Part shown: positions 10,219 to 20,607 of the stretch, one piece after another
How positions within the stretch are numbered: the first letter of the stretch is position 1
How the letters are laid out: each line of letters opens with the position of its first letter
Assembly: GCA_963663405.2 (NCBI GenBank)
Contig: CAXXSM010000050.1
Location: 1-64,000, forward strand
Length of the DNA: 64,000 nucleotides
Direction of reading: 5' to 3'
Source of the DNA: a bacterium
GTDB taxonomy: Bacteria; Hinthialibacterota; Hinthialibacteria; Hinthialibacterales; Hinthialibacteraceae
Made by a program: the position numbers and the translations under genes
Notes under the pieces: generated by a model
What the model saw: only the letters and a program-made list of their open reading frames with translations
Database searches by the model: none
What the model was told of the DNA's origin: nothing

Positions 10219-12594
10219 TTATGGGATTTGAAATTGATTCCCAATAGTATTCCAATGCGGAGCCACAAGTTTCCCATTTAGCTCCGTTGGAATTGTGCGT
10301 TGTGGGGAATAGATCGAACAATTAATAATCGGCTGTCCTTGAAAAACAGCATTCAATCGTCCACCACTCCATGAGAAAATGGAATAAACTTTTGAGAGAG
10401 AATCCAACACGATGTGACGATCGTTCCGTAGATAGCTTCCACAAATCACAAATCCCCGCTGAATAGCGTTGACAGTTTTTGGCATATTTGCTTTATATGT
10501 AAAACCAAATAAATAGGCGTCCGTATCCCAGCCCTGAATCACTTTGTTGCTATTCCGGTGCATGCGTCTGCCATCCGCTCGAAGATTTAAAAAGACATCG
10601 GTTAGCGTTTCATCGCTTACAATTTGGACGCCTAGCATTTCATCACCTTCCAACAAACGGACATCATAATCTGAATGTTCATTGGTTTCATTAAGTGGAA
10701 GAATAGCGGTGATAAATTTCGATTCACGCATTTTCTCTGGAGGCGTCACAGCCAAATACTCCACTTCCCGGTCAGGATCGTGGTCTTTTAATCCAATCTT
10801 TCTTACAAATGATTTCTCTTCTGGATAGAGAAACTGAACGACTACGCGAGATTGGTCTCCATTGGAGATATGGAGATTCGATCCATCCTCCAGCGCGGTC
10901 CCTTCGTAATGAAACAACCACTCCAACTGCGCAGGCTCATGAGTTCTGATGTCATCGACGATCAGTATGACATCATCGATCCAAAGGAAATGGCGGTAGT
11001 TCCGCGAACATTTCCATGCTGTAGGGCCGGTATTATCAGCGAGCGCATATTTGATACCCTTGGAATCCATACGATGTAAAATCCGTCCAGGCTGAACCAC
11101 TCCCCGATCGCCATGCCCCACATCTTCCGGATTCTGCCCTTCACCGTCGAACAGAATAACGTTATGCGCTTTGCTGTGCCGGTAATAGGATGTATATTCA
11201 CGGCGGCTATATGAACAGTTGCCTGAATCGATTAACAGCGGTTTTCCGTTGTGAAACAGGATAAACGATCCCGCGTCAGGATGCGCGTGGTTCCATGAAA
11301 AGCCTGACTTAATAGCGAGCATAGTGGCATCATTCTTCCAGGATGACCGCATCATACACCAACCAATATCAAGATAGATTGTCGAATTCGCGAGTGTTTC
11401 CGGCGCTTCATTACAGACCTGCACATCTTGATAGACTAAACCGATGGGATCTCGCAATCCCCAATCGGTTCGCGTGAGATACCAGGAATAGGCAGGCTTG
11501 TCAAATCCATTCGCTTTCAACAATTGCAGTGTCTTCGCGCCTGTGCTCCGCAGACTGCTATCTCCAAAATTGACAGAGAGAATTGAATCGGATGTTGGAT
11601 AGGCGGTATGGACAAAAAAATCTCCTGCATTTCCTAAGAGCGGTATATCCGGCATAGTCGAACTGGGGAATATGTTAGTATATGCAAGACGAAACAGTAA
11701 ATATTCGGACAGGGCGTAATTCGCATAATTGACACTTTCATAGAACGCGCCATACCGGTCAAAGTTCGGGCTCTTGTTTTGTAAGACGTTTCCCTGATAC
11801 GCAAACCACTCCGTAAAAGAATCACGGACCAACTTAACCCACCGCTCCGCATCCGGATGATCATCAAGGATAGACAGCGATGCGGCGCCGGCCATCGCCA
11901 CGCAGACGCTCCACCAATTATGTCCCATAGAGTCTAAAGCGTGGATTCTCTGTTCCGGCAGGATCCAATCCTGCAGTGTTGGAAGGATTCCCAGCCGTAC
12001 AATCGCATTGACGATTTCTTCTCGATCGGATTCATTTAAGTAATCATGGATGCTGTCATATCCCACGGCGTACCCAAAACAAAACCGGGCGGTATTTAAC
12101 TCGGAATGCCAGGGTGGATCGTGATGCGCGTCCCCCGCCCATCGTTTTAGGCGCGAAAAATGCAACATGGCCAACCGCAGTTTCTCCGCATATTTCTCAT
12201 CGCCTGTCATCTGGTACGCCAGCCCGAGTACAGCGCCCATTTGACTCATTTGTTGGCTGGGACGTCCATAATTACCATGCTGCCCCTGGCCGGATTCGGC
12301 GTATTCTTTAGAAACCAGCGTGTCATTCATATTTCGATCAGCCCGTTCCAATAGAAACGCCCATGCTTTTTGCGTCTCTTCATCACGCGATATTTTCTCT
12401 TTCAAATTCTCAATTTTTTCATGGGTAAAAAAAAGTCGGGGAAAAGTTGGCTTCCAAACGAGTGCCGATTCTGACAGAGAGGAAGCGAATACGCAATACA
12501 TTCTGCCGAGTGGGGATAAAAAAAGTATCCCATAAATCAATGCAATCCAAAGTACGCGTAAACGATCGATCTGTTTTTCCTTTGTCTGATTCAT
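10219..12594 (-). CDS. Heparinase II/III-family polysaccharide lyase (DUF4962-type)
   Basis: HNWW, ESVNY, NFGD, RSSW, NHAHPDAGSF, AHNVILFDG. Confidence 0.8.
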   Translation of the reverse strand: MNQTKEKQIDRLRVLWIALIYGILFLSPLGRMYCVFASSLSESALVWKPTFPRLFFTHEKIENLKEKISRDEETQKAWAFLLERADRNMNDTLVSKEYAESGQGQHGNYGRPSQQMSQMGAVLGLAYQMTGDEKYAEKLRLAMLHFSRLKRWAGDAHHDPPWHSELNTARFCFGYAVGYDSIHDYLNESDREEIVNAIVRLGILPTLQDWILPEQRIHALDSMGHNWWSVCVAMAGAASLSILDDHPDAERWVKLVRDSFTEWFAYQGNVLQNKSPNFDRYGAFYESVNYANYALSEYLLFRLAYTNIFPSSTMPDIPLLGNAGDFFVHTAYPTSDSILSVNFGDSSLRSTGAKTLQLLKANGFDKPAYSWYLTRTDWGLRDPIGLVYQDVQVCNEAPETLANSTIYLDIGWCMMRSSWKNDATMLAIKSGFSWNHAHPDAGSFILFHNGKPLLIDSGNCSYSRREYTSYYRHSKAHNVILFDGEGQNPEDVGHGDRGVVQPGRILHRMDSKGIKYALADNTGPTAWKCSRNYRHFLWIDDVILIVDDIRTHEPAQLEWLFHYEGTALEDGSNLHISNGDQSRVVVQFLYPEEKSFVRKIGLKDHDPDREVEYLAVTPPEKMRESKFITAILPLNETNEHSDYDVRLLEGDEMLGVQIVSDETLTDVFLNLRADGRRMHRNSNKVIQGWDTDAYLFGFTYKANMPKTVNAIQRGFVICGSYLRNDRHIVLDSLSKVYSIFSWSGGRLNAVFQGQPIINCSIYSPQRTIPTELNGKLVAPHWNTIGNQFQIP

Positions 12595-12944
12595 TCTATA
12601 TATCCCAATCCTAGAAAGCGTTCAATGTATACGAATTAGTTTCTCAGCTCATAGTTACCGTGACAGGACAAGCCGTCAAGGTACTGAAAAATGAGAATTC
12701 CCGCCGTTTTCTATTTTTACTCGTCTTTATTTAGAATGGCCAATCAACTACAATTTTCAAACATGTTATAAGATCGATATATTCAGCGATAAGGTTGAAT
12801 GACGTTTTGATTCCAACGATTTATCAAGCCGGTCTAAGAAGAAATGATCCGTTATCCCGAATCTCAGTCTTGGAGAATAGAGCAAGAAAGAGGATAGTAT
12901 TTAAATTGAAAGATTATATAGAGAACATAGGAGAACAGTCACAC

Positions 12945-15900
12945 ATGAGTCATTTAAAGAAAAGATGGAATTATGTATTGGCCCTTTCACTCATCGTTTT
13001 TTCGATTTGCGTGGCGCTTAACGCGCAGGAAACCGGCGCTCAATCCGTCAAAGTGTGGGAAGAGGAGATGACCCTCCCAACTTATCTAGTCGGCGCGCCG
13101 GAAGTCAACCCAGTTTTTTATACGAATGAATCCTATCAAGGCGCGCAGAAACGCGTCTATCCATACGCCCTGATTGAACGCTTGAGCCAAGACCGGCAAG
13201 ACAAAACATACAAAGCTCTATACCTGGAAAACGAATACATTCAATTAATCGTCCTGCCCGAGATGGGCGGCCGCCTGTTCTCCGCCCTGGATAAAACCAA
13301 CAATTATGATTTCTTTTACCGCCAACACGTGATTAAACCCGCTTTGATCGGCATGCTTGGCGCTTGGATTTCCGGCGGGATCGAGTGGTGCGTCTTTCAC
13401 CATCACCGGAACACCACCTTCATGCCGGTCGATTACCGGTTAGCCGAAAATGAGGATGGCAGCAAAACTATCTGGTTCGGAGAAACCGAACGCCGCCACC
13501 GGATGAAGTGGATCATCGGCCTGACACTCTATCCAGGAAAATCCTATGTCGAAGCCACCGTCAAGATGTTCAATCCAACCGAGTTTCCGCATTCGATTCT
13601 CTATTGGGCGAATGTCGCGGTTCACGTAAACGAAGACTATCAGGTGATCTTCCCGCCCAGCGTTCAGGTGGCGGACTACCATTCAAAAATCGATTTTACC
13701 AATTGGCCCATCTCCCAAGGCCGTTATCGTGGCCATGATTATACGGATGTCGATATCAGCTGGTGGAAAAATTCCTCATCCTCCAACTCCTTTTTCGCTT
13801 GGAATCTGCAGGAAGATTTCATGGGCGGTTACGACCACGGGAAAGAAGCCGGCGTTGTTCATGTAGGAAACCATCACATTGTCTGTGGCGCGAAACTGTG
13901 GGAATGGGGAACTGGAACCACTGGAAGGCGATGGGATGATATCCTGACCGACGATGACGGCCCGTACGCGGAACTGATGGTCGGCGCGTACTCCGACAAT
14001 CAGCCGGATTACAGCTGGATCAAACCACATGAAGTCAAAACGTTCAAACAGTATTGGTATCCTATTCAAGAGATTGGAGGCTTCAAAAACGCTAACATTA
14101 ACGGGGCTGTCAATCTCGAATGCCTGCCGGATAACAAAGTCCGATTCGGTTTTCATGTCACATCGCCTCATTCAAACGCGCAGGCGGTGATTACTGCGAA
14201 AGACAAAATCCTAATTCAAGAACGTATCAATATCAGCCCTGAAAATCCATTTTGCAAAGAACGGGAAATTCCTGAGGGGATCGAGGAGACCGATCTCCGG
14301 ATTTCACTCGTCACCTCGGACGGAAGCGAGTTGATCGCATACCAGCCGGTTCATCGTGAACCTGTCGAATCACTGCCTGAACCCGTTCAAGCCCCGCCCG
14401 AACCCAACGACATCAAAACCATTGAAGAACTCTATTTTACGGGTCTGCGGATCGAGCAGATTCACAATCCAACCGTCGATCCAATGAAGTTTTACGAAGA
14501 AGCGCTGCGCCGTGACCCTTCCGACTCACGAACGAATACGATCGTTGGCGTTCATTACAACAAACGCGCTCTCTTCACCAAGGCGGAAGAACATCTCCGG
14601 CGCGCGATCGAACGGATCACAATCGACTACACCCGTCCAGGAAACACCGAAGCGTTTTTCCAATTGGGCGTGTCGCTCCGCACGCAGAAACGTTGGGATG
14701 AAGCGTATGATAAGTTCTACCGGGCAACATGGGACACAGCCTTCCATTCCGCGGCTTACTATCAGCTGGCCGAACTCTCCTGCCTCAAAGGCGAGATAGA
14801 AACCGCGCTCGAACAGATCGATCAATCCCTCTCGACAAACACGCTCGATACAAAAGCGTTGAATCTCAAAACGATCCTGCTGCGGAAACTAGGATACTAC
14901 GAAGAAGCGTCATGGATTGTGGATCGCGTTCTCTCCATCGATCCGCTTAACTTTGTCGCCATGAATGAAGGCTGCTACCTCTCCCTCAAAGCGCCAGGTG
15001 GTGAGGTCAATTCTGGGCGGATTTTTGATAATCTAAAGGGTCTGATGCGGGACGACGCGCAATCCTATCTGGAATGCGCCTGTGATTACATGGGAGCCGG
15101 ATTCTGGGACGAAGCCATTGATATGCTGGAACGCGCGCAACGCTCAGAAAACGAGTTAACGCGTCAATTCCCGCTGGTTTCCTATTACCTTGGCTATCTC
15201 TATCAACAGAAAGAGGATCAGGAGACCGCGCAGTCCTATTTCACGCAAGCCATGAATCAATCCAGCGATTACTGTTTCCCCTTCCGCCGGGAGACAATCG
15301 ATGTCCTCAACACGGCGATAAATACGAATCCCAACGACAACCGCGCTTATTATTACCTCGGCTCGCTCCTCTATGAGATTCAACCGGAAAAGGCGATCGA
15401 GTATTGGGAACGATCGAAAGAGGCCGATCCAGATTTCGCGCTGGCGCACCGGAATCTCGGTTGGGCCTATTTCCGTACACAAAACGATATCCCCAAGGCG
15501 ATTGAATCCTATGAGAAAGCCGTGTCGGTCAATCCAAACGATCCACTCTTCTACTTGGAATTGGACCGCTTGTATGAACTCGGAAACACCAAACCCACGC
15601 GCCGCCTCGCTCTTTTTGAGAACCGGCATGAAGTTGTCAAACAACGAAAAGAGAGTTTTGTCCGTGAAATCCGGGTATTCATCTTGAATGGCCTTTACCC
15701 CCAAGTCATTGAATATTTATCCAACAATTATTTCGCCGCACGGGAAGGGGGAGAAAATATTCATGACCTGTACGCAGACGCGCATCTGCTCCAAGGTCTT
15801 CAAGAATTAAAACACAATCGCGCGGATGCGGCGCTGCGGCATTTCGAACAAGCGGCGGAGTATCCAGAAAACTTATCAGTCGGTCAACCCGAATTCGATT

Positions 15901-16352
15901 GGAGAACGCCCCAATACGCCTATTTCAAGGGCCTTGCCCATGAAGCGATAGGTGATACGGAGAAAGCCAAAGCATGCTTCGAAGAAGCCGCCGGTCAATC
16001 CGATGGAAGAGGCCGTGGACGCCGGCGCTTTGGGAGAACCTCCGATATCCAATACTATCAAGGATTGTGTCAACAAAAACTCGGACAAGAGGAAGAAGCA
16101 AAAACCATCTTTGATCGTATGATTGAAAGCAGCCAACAGCGCCTAACTGATGAAGACGAAAGTGTTGATTACTTCGCGAAATTCGGTGAACAAAATTCGA
16201 GACGAATCCAAATGGCTTCCGCTCACTTCACCCTTGGATTAGGTTTATTAGGCGCTGGTAAAAAAGAAGAGGCAAAAGAAGAATTTCAAAAAGCCGTGGA
16301 AATGAATCAAAGCGATGTCTGGGCGCGTTATTACTTACAATCTCTTGATTAG
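12945..16352 (+). CDS. DUF5107 domain plus TPR repeat protein, secreted
   Basis: LENEYI...LPEMGGR, YRQHVIKPALIG..GAWISGGIEW; long TPR tail; AGGAG RBS and signal peptide from 12945. Confidence 0.85.
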   Translation: MSHLKKRWNYVLALSLIVFSICVALNAQETGAQSVKVWEEEMTLPTYLVGAPEVNPVFYTNESYQGAQKRVYPYALIERLSQDRQDKTYKALYLENEYIQLIVLPEMGGRLFSALDKTNNYDFFYRQHVIKPALIGMLGAWISGGIEWCVFHHHRNTTFMPVDYRLAENEDGSKTIWFGETERRHRMKWIIGLTLYPGKSYVEATVKMFNPTEFPHSILYWANVAVHVNEDYQVIFPPSVQVADYHSKIDFTNWPISQGRYRGHDYTDVDISWWKNSSSSNSFFAWNLQEDFMGGYDHGKEAGVVHVGNHHIVCGAKLWEWGTGTTGRRWDDILTDDDGPYAELMVGAYSDNQPDYSWIKPHEVKTFKQYWYPIQEIGGFKNANINGAVNLECLPDNKVRFGFHVTSPHSNAQAVITAKDKILIQERINISPENPFCKEREIPEGIEETDLRISLVTSDGSELIAYQPVHREPVESLPEPVQAPPEPNDIKTIEELYFTGLRIEQIHNPTVDPMKFYEEALRRDPSDSRTNTIVGVHYNKRALFTKAEEHLRRAIERITIDYTRPGNTEAFFQLGVSLRTQKRWDEAYDKFYRATWDTAFHSAAYYQLAELSCLKGEIETALEQIDQSLSTNTLDTKALNLKTILLRKLGYYEEASWIVDRVLSIDPLNFVAMNEGCYLSLKAPGGEVNSGRIFDNLKGLMRDDAQSYLECACDYMGAGFWDEAIDMLERAQRSENELTRQFPLVSYYLGYLYQQKEDQETAQSYFTQAMNQSSDYCFPFRRETIDVLNTAINTNPNDNRAYYYLGSLLYEIQPEKAIEYWERSKEADPDFALAHRNLGWAYFRTQNDIPKAIESYEKAVSVNPNDPLFYLELDRLYELGNTKPTRRLALFENRHEVVKQRKESFVREIRVFILNGLYPQVIEYLSNNYFAAREGGENIHDLYADAHLLQGLQELKHNRADAALRHFEQAAEYPENLSVGQPEFDWRTPQYAYFKGLAHEAIGDTEKAKACFEEAAGQSDGRGRGRRRFGRTSDIQYYQGLCQQKLGQEEEAKTIFDRMIESSQQRLTDEDESVDYFAKFGEQNSRRIQMASAHFTLGLGLLGAGKKEEAKEEFQKAVEMNQSDVWARYYLQSLD

Positions 16353-16401
16353 TCAAATCATCAATGTGTAATTTCAAGTAAAAAACATATTATCCAATCT
16401 C

Positions 16402-17871
16402 CTACGAATACATAAAATAAACCGTCGCCACACAATCCTCTCCTGCAGTGATACGCACCCATTCCGCGGTAAATCCATCGGGAAATGTATGATAAGCGTA
16501 TCCTGAAGCGGGAACTAAAATGGTTTGATAGGGAACCCATGTCCCATTACCCATAAAATCGATTTCGATTGTGAAAGAAACCGGTTTTCCTCCTTCATGT
16601 TTAAAATGCGCCACTTTCTTATCAAATCCCCGCATCAAAAATGGATCTGAATGTTCACCCGCTTTTACAGAGGTATTCCGCCATACGCCGCCAGTGCCGG
16701 CCGGTTTTCCAAAAGTCCATAAATCATCCGTCTTTCCAAACCAAAGGCCGGCCTGCGGCTGACCGGCGGTTAAATTCCGGTCGGTTTTCCCAAACCACAT
16801 CGGCGTCGCTTGATTGCCGCCCAACACCAACATGCCACGCCACGAACAGAAATCCGGGATCACTCGAAGATGCGTCGCGATCGGACGGATTCCCCAGATT
16901 TTACCATCATACGCATGATACGGGATTTCGTAAAACATCCCATGACAGTCCATCAACGCGCGTTCGGTTTCCACTTCTCGAATCCGCATCCACTCCGTGC
17001 AGCTGGTTTGATCGAATGTATGGCTCGCTTTCGGCAAACGGTAGGTGGACCATTTGTTATGTGTATGGACTTTGAGAATCACAGACTTGTTATCCCAACC
17101 GGTTGCGAATAGAGCATTGCTGAATGATTGCGGACACCAAACTTCTGTATAAGGATTTTCATCGATCACAGTCCATTGTTTTCCATCCCAGGCGCCGAGA
17201 CGTCCCGCCCGCCACGATTCGTTGTAATCCCGTTCATCATATGTATTATTGGCGACAACCACCCGCCCATGCGCCGTAAAGCCACCTTTAAAATGAGGCT
17301 TCGCTTCCTTTGGAACGTTCAATTCATCCAGCAGATTAAAGAGGAGTTTCGTCTCCATCGTGTGAACGTCAACTTCAAACAGTTCACCCTCCATGGCGAG
17401 AAAATAGACTTTTCGCTCCGGTTCGGTAAGATGCCGCATCGTTGCAGTCAACCGGTGTTCTTTGACTCCATCGATCGTGCGCACATTCCCATCTGAATCG
17501 ATCAGATGAGGCCCGATAATCAATTGCTGACTTTCCGTATGTATCATACGATTCGCATATGTTCCTACTACACTTTCCGGACGTTTGCGCAGATTCAAGT
17601 TCTCATCGATTTCATACAATCCCGTTCCCGAACCGGTGCCTTTCATATGGGCGACGTATGTAACAATCCACAACCGGCCCGCCCAGGGAACCATCGCTCC
17701 GGTTCCCGCTTCCGTGCGTGGACTATGATCGGCCCCCATAGCCAAATGGGGAAACACCCCACTCACATTGATTCGAGAGCCAATCCCTGGTTCCTCTTCC
17801 GCGAGCGCAAAACAACTAGATATTAAAATATACGAGAAAATGATAAACAAAATCTTATGGAGATTCATCAT
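16402..17871 (-). CDS. Conserved secreted hypothetical protein (probably all-beta)
   Basis: Long ORF, signal peptide, aromatic-rich beta-strand pattern. Confidence 0.6.
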   Translation of the reverse strand: MMNLHKILFIIFSYILISSCFALAEEEPGIGSRINVSGVFPHLAMGADHSPRTEAGTGAMVPWAGRLWIVTYVAHMKGTGSGTGLYEIDENLNLRKRPESVVGTYANRMIHTESQQLIIGPHLIDSDGNVRTIDGVKEHRLTATMRHLTEPERKVYFLAMEGELFEVDVHTMETKLLFNLLDELNVPKEAKPHFKGGFTAHGRVVVANNTYDERDYNESWRAGRLGAWDGKQWTVIDENPYTEVWCPQSFSNALFATGWDNKSVILKVHTHNKWSTYRLPKASHTFDQTSCTEWMRIREVETERALMDCHGMFYEIPYHAYDGKIWGIRPIATHLRVIPDFCSWRGMLVLGGNQATPMWFGKTDRNLTAGQPQAGLWFGKTDDLWTFGKPAGTGGVWRNTSVKAGEHSDPFLMRGFDKKVAHFKHEGGKPVSFTIEIDFMGNGTWVPYQTILVPASGYAYHTFPDGFTAEWVRITAGEDCVATVYFMYS

Positions 17872-18046
17872 AAATCCTTTCCTGTTTTTTGATTGAATAC
17901 CGGCATAGATCGTAAATCTATTTTAAACTGGATCAAAGATCCACTTCGTTCCAATTTATTGAAATGCATAGATACGATAGAATGCGCCTTAGATCTGGTA
18001 GATGTGAATTCCCTTAAATTCAAGAAACGCGTCTAGGAGGCAAGCG

Positions 18047-19066
18047 ATGAAACTAAGTCTTGACTGTGTAGGATACGGCGGTTACTTCACCGATGGAGAG
18101 ACGATTCCCGCGGAAGAAGCGTTGGAGCGCGCCGCGCGTTTTGGATATGACGCGATGTGCATTTACGCCCATCGTCCAATTGGATTCCCAATGGATTTTA
18201 ACGCGGATCGGCGGAAACGTTTAAAAGAAAAAGCCGCGCAGCTGGATATGGAATTGGGAGCCGTAGTCTGCTGTACGAACTTCATGGAAGGAGACCATGT
18301 ACTCCTCTATCCGCAGGAGAAGGAAATCCTGTACGTGCGCGATGCGATCCAGTTAGCGAGAGACCTGGACATGAAGATTGTCCGCGTACTCGCCGCGTTT
18401 TATGGTTATTTTTGCAATCCGTATGCGCAGTCAGGCTATGGCAATCCAGCCTTTGAAAGCCGCTCCCGGCGTGTCTCTCAAAGCAAGGATTGGCTGGAAG
18501 CATGGCATCAAGTACGCCGTGGATTGACCGAAGTGGCTAAAATTGCAGAAGACAGCGGAATCATCCTGGCGTTGCAAACCCACCCGGAGATCACTTGCAA
18601 TAACGAAGAAACACTGGAAATGATCGAAGAAGTAGGGGCGCCCAGTTTAAAAGTCGGACTCGACCTTCCTCTGCTCGAATCCCAAGATCCCGGATTTATC
18701 CGGAAAACCGTTCAGGATATGAAGGACTTGATGGTTTACTCACATACAATCTCGATCGTCAACAAACGTACCGTGGGCGGCGCTGTTTTCGGCTGGGAGG
18801 AAGTCGTCCCCGGAAGCCCGAAAGATCAATGCGAGTGGGAAGTGTTCATCAAAGCCGCGATGGAAATTGGATACGAGGGTTACCTTTCCCACGAACAATG
18901 TTCACCGATGATCGTCAAAGGACATACGATCGCCGATATTGACGAAGTTGACCGGCGCTATGTGGAAGCGATTAATTTCTTTAAACCTTTATTAAACAAA
19001 TTGGGCTGCTATACAGGACATAAAGAAAAATACTTGACTGAAGAAGAATTGTTAGCGTCCCGATAA
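18047..19066 (+). CDS. Sugar phosphate isomerase/epimerase (xylose-isomerase-like TIM barrel)
   Basis: AARFGYD, IVRV, LALQTH, VGLD, GYEGYLSHE; AGGAGG RBS. Confidence 0.75.
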   Translation: MKLSLDCVGYGGYFTDGETIPAEEALERAARFGYDAMCIYAHRPIGFPMDFNADRRKRLKEKAAQLDMELGAVVCCTNFMEGDHVLLYPQEKEILYVRDAIQLARDLDMKIVRVLAAFYGYFCNPYAQSGYGNPAFESRSRRVSQSKDWLEAWHQVRRGLTEVAKIAEDSGIILALQTHPEITCNNEETLEMIEEVGAPSLKVGLDLPLLESQDPGFIRKTVQDMKDLMVYSHTISIVNKRTVGGAVFGWEEVVPGSPKDQCEWEVFIKAAMEIGYEGYLSHEQCSPMIVKGHTIADIDEVDRRYVEAINFFKPLLNKLGCYTGHKEKYLTEEELLASR

Positions 19067-19114
19067 TCAAAATCGGTCAAAGGATCAAGATAAAACAAGT
19101 ATAGGAGGATTATT

Positions 19115-20563
19115 ATGAATGAGAATCGATTCTCACTGGGCGCCGTTTTTGCGTTATTTCTTCTAACTTTATCCTTCGCAGTGTTTGAATCGGAAGCGCA
19201 AGCGGACCGTATATTTAAGGCCGGCGCCGTGGCCAGTAATATCACTCCCCCGCTGGGGGGAATGATCATCGGAGGCTGGGCGCCGATCGAGGCGGAGCAT
19301 ATCCACGATAATCTCTTCGCGAAATGTCTTGTTTTAGATAATGGGGAAACGCGGTTGGCATTCGTTGTTTGCGATATCTTAGGACTCCCGCGAGAAGTGT
19401 GTGACGCAGCCAAAACGATCATTCACGAGAAAACAGAAATTCCTGTGGAAAATATTATGATCTCCGCGACACACAGCCATTCCGCGGTCTCCGCTCTTGG
19501 CCCAAACCGTCTAATTCCCGATACATCATTCAATGAATACCAGCGTTTTATCATTCAAAGAATCGCCGATGGAGTCCGTTGCGCGTTGAACAATCTCGAA
19601 CCAGCCAAGATCGGATGGGGCTCCGCAAAAGAACCGAAATCCGTCTTCAACCGGCGCTGGTATATGAAACCGGGAACCGATATCCCGAATCCGTTTGGAG
19701 GGAAAGACCAGGTGCGGATGAATCCACCCCGCGCCAGCGAGAATCTACTGCGGCCGGCGGGACCAACCGATCCAGAGATCGCGTTTCTTTCGATTCAGTC
19801 CGTGGATGGGCGTCCCATCGCGCTTTTAGCGAATTATTCGCTGCATTACGTAGGCGGCGTCGAAAGAGGCGCTGTATCCGCTGATTATTATGAAATATTC
19901 GCAGACCGGATTCAGGAACTAATCAACGCGGACCGGCAAACCCCACCTTTCGCCGCCATGATGAGCAACGGAACCAGCGGGGATATCAACAATATCAATT
20001 TCACTCAAAAACACAAACAGCTGCCGCCGTATCAGAAGATGCGAGAAGTGGCTGAATTAACAGCGCAGGCGGTCTATAATGTATATCCGGATGTTGTCTA
20101 TCAGGATTGGGTAGAATTGGGCGCTAGACAAAAAGAACTTATTCTCGCCGTCCGGAAACCCACTCAAGAAATGCTTGCGTATTTCGAAGACGTTCTCGCG
20201 AAACCGGAAGACGCAAAACCGTATCACCAGCACGAAAAAACCTATGCAGGGCGGATCAAGCAGTTAGATGAATCCCCAGACCAGTTGGCGATCTTGCTTC
20301 AAGCGTTCCGGATCGGCGATACCGCTGTTTCCGCCATCCCATTCGAAGTATTTGTCGAGATCGGTTTGGAATTAAAAGACAATAGCCCATTTAAACATAC
20401 ATTTACAATATCGCTGGCAAATGGATATTACGGCTACCTCCCAACCGTTCACCATCATGAGTTAGGAGGATATGAAACATGGATGGGAACCAACAACGTG
20501 GAGATCGAAGCCGCTCCAAAGATTGTAAAAACTTTGTTCGATCTACACAAAAAACTTCAATAG
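19115..20563 (+). CDS. Neutral/alkaline ceramidase-like secreted hydrolase
   Basis: ITPPLG, IHDNLFAK, SATHSHS, NYSLHY, GTSGDIN, ANGYYGYLP. Confidence 0.8.
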   Translation: MNENRFSLGAVFALFLLTLSFAVFESEAQADRIFKAGAVASNITPPLGGMIIGGWAPIEAEHIHDNLFAKCLVLDNGETRLAFVVCDILGLPREVCDAAKTIIHEKTEIPVENIMISATHSHSAVSALGPNRLIPDTSFNEYQRFIIQRIADGVRCALNNLEPAKIGWGSAKEPKSVFNRRWYMKPGTDIPNPFGGKDQVRMNPPRASENLLRPAGPTDPEIAFLSIQSVDGRPIALLANYSLHYVGGVERGAVSADYYEIFADRIQELINADRQTPPFAAMMSNGTSGDINNINFTQKHKQLPPYQKMREVAELTAQAVYNVYPDVVYQDWVELGARQKELILAVRKPTQEMLAYFEDVLAKPEDAKPYHQHEKTYAGRIKQLDESPDQLAILLQAFRIGDTAVSAIPFEVFVEIGLELKDNSPFKHTFTISLANGYYGYLPTVHHHELGGYETWMGTNNVEIEAAPKIVKTLFDLHKKLQ

Positions 20564-20607
20564 GAAAAACACGAATACGCTTATAATCGACGATAATCAC
20601 GACTCAA

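Noticed and set aside
12795-12944. N-terminal extension of the DUF5107 protein
   Set aside because: RBS and signal peptide indicate the start at 12945
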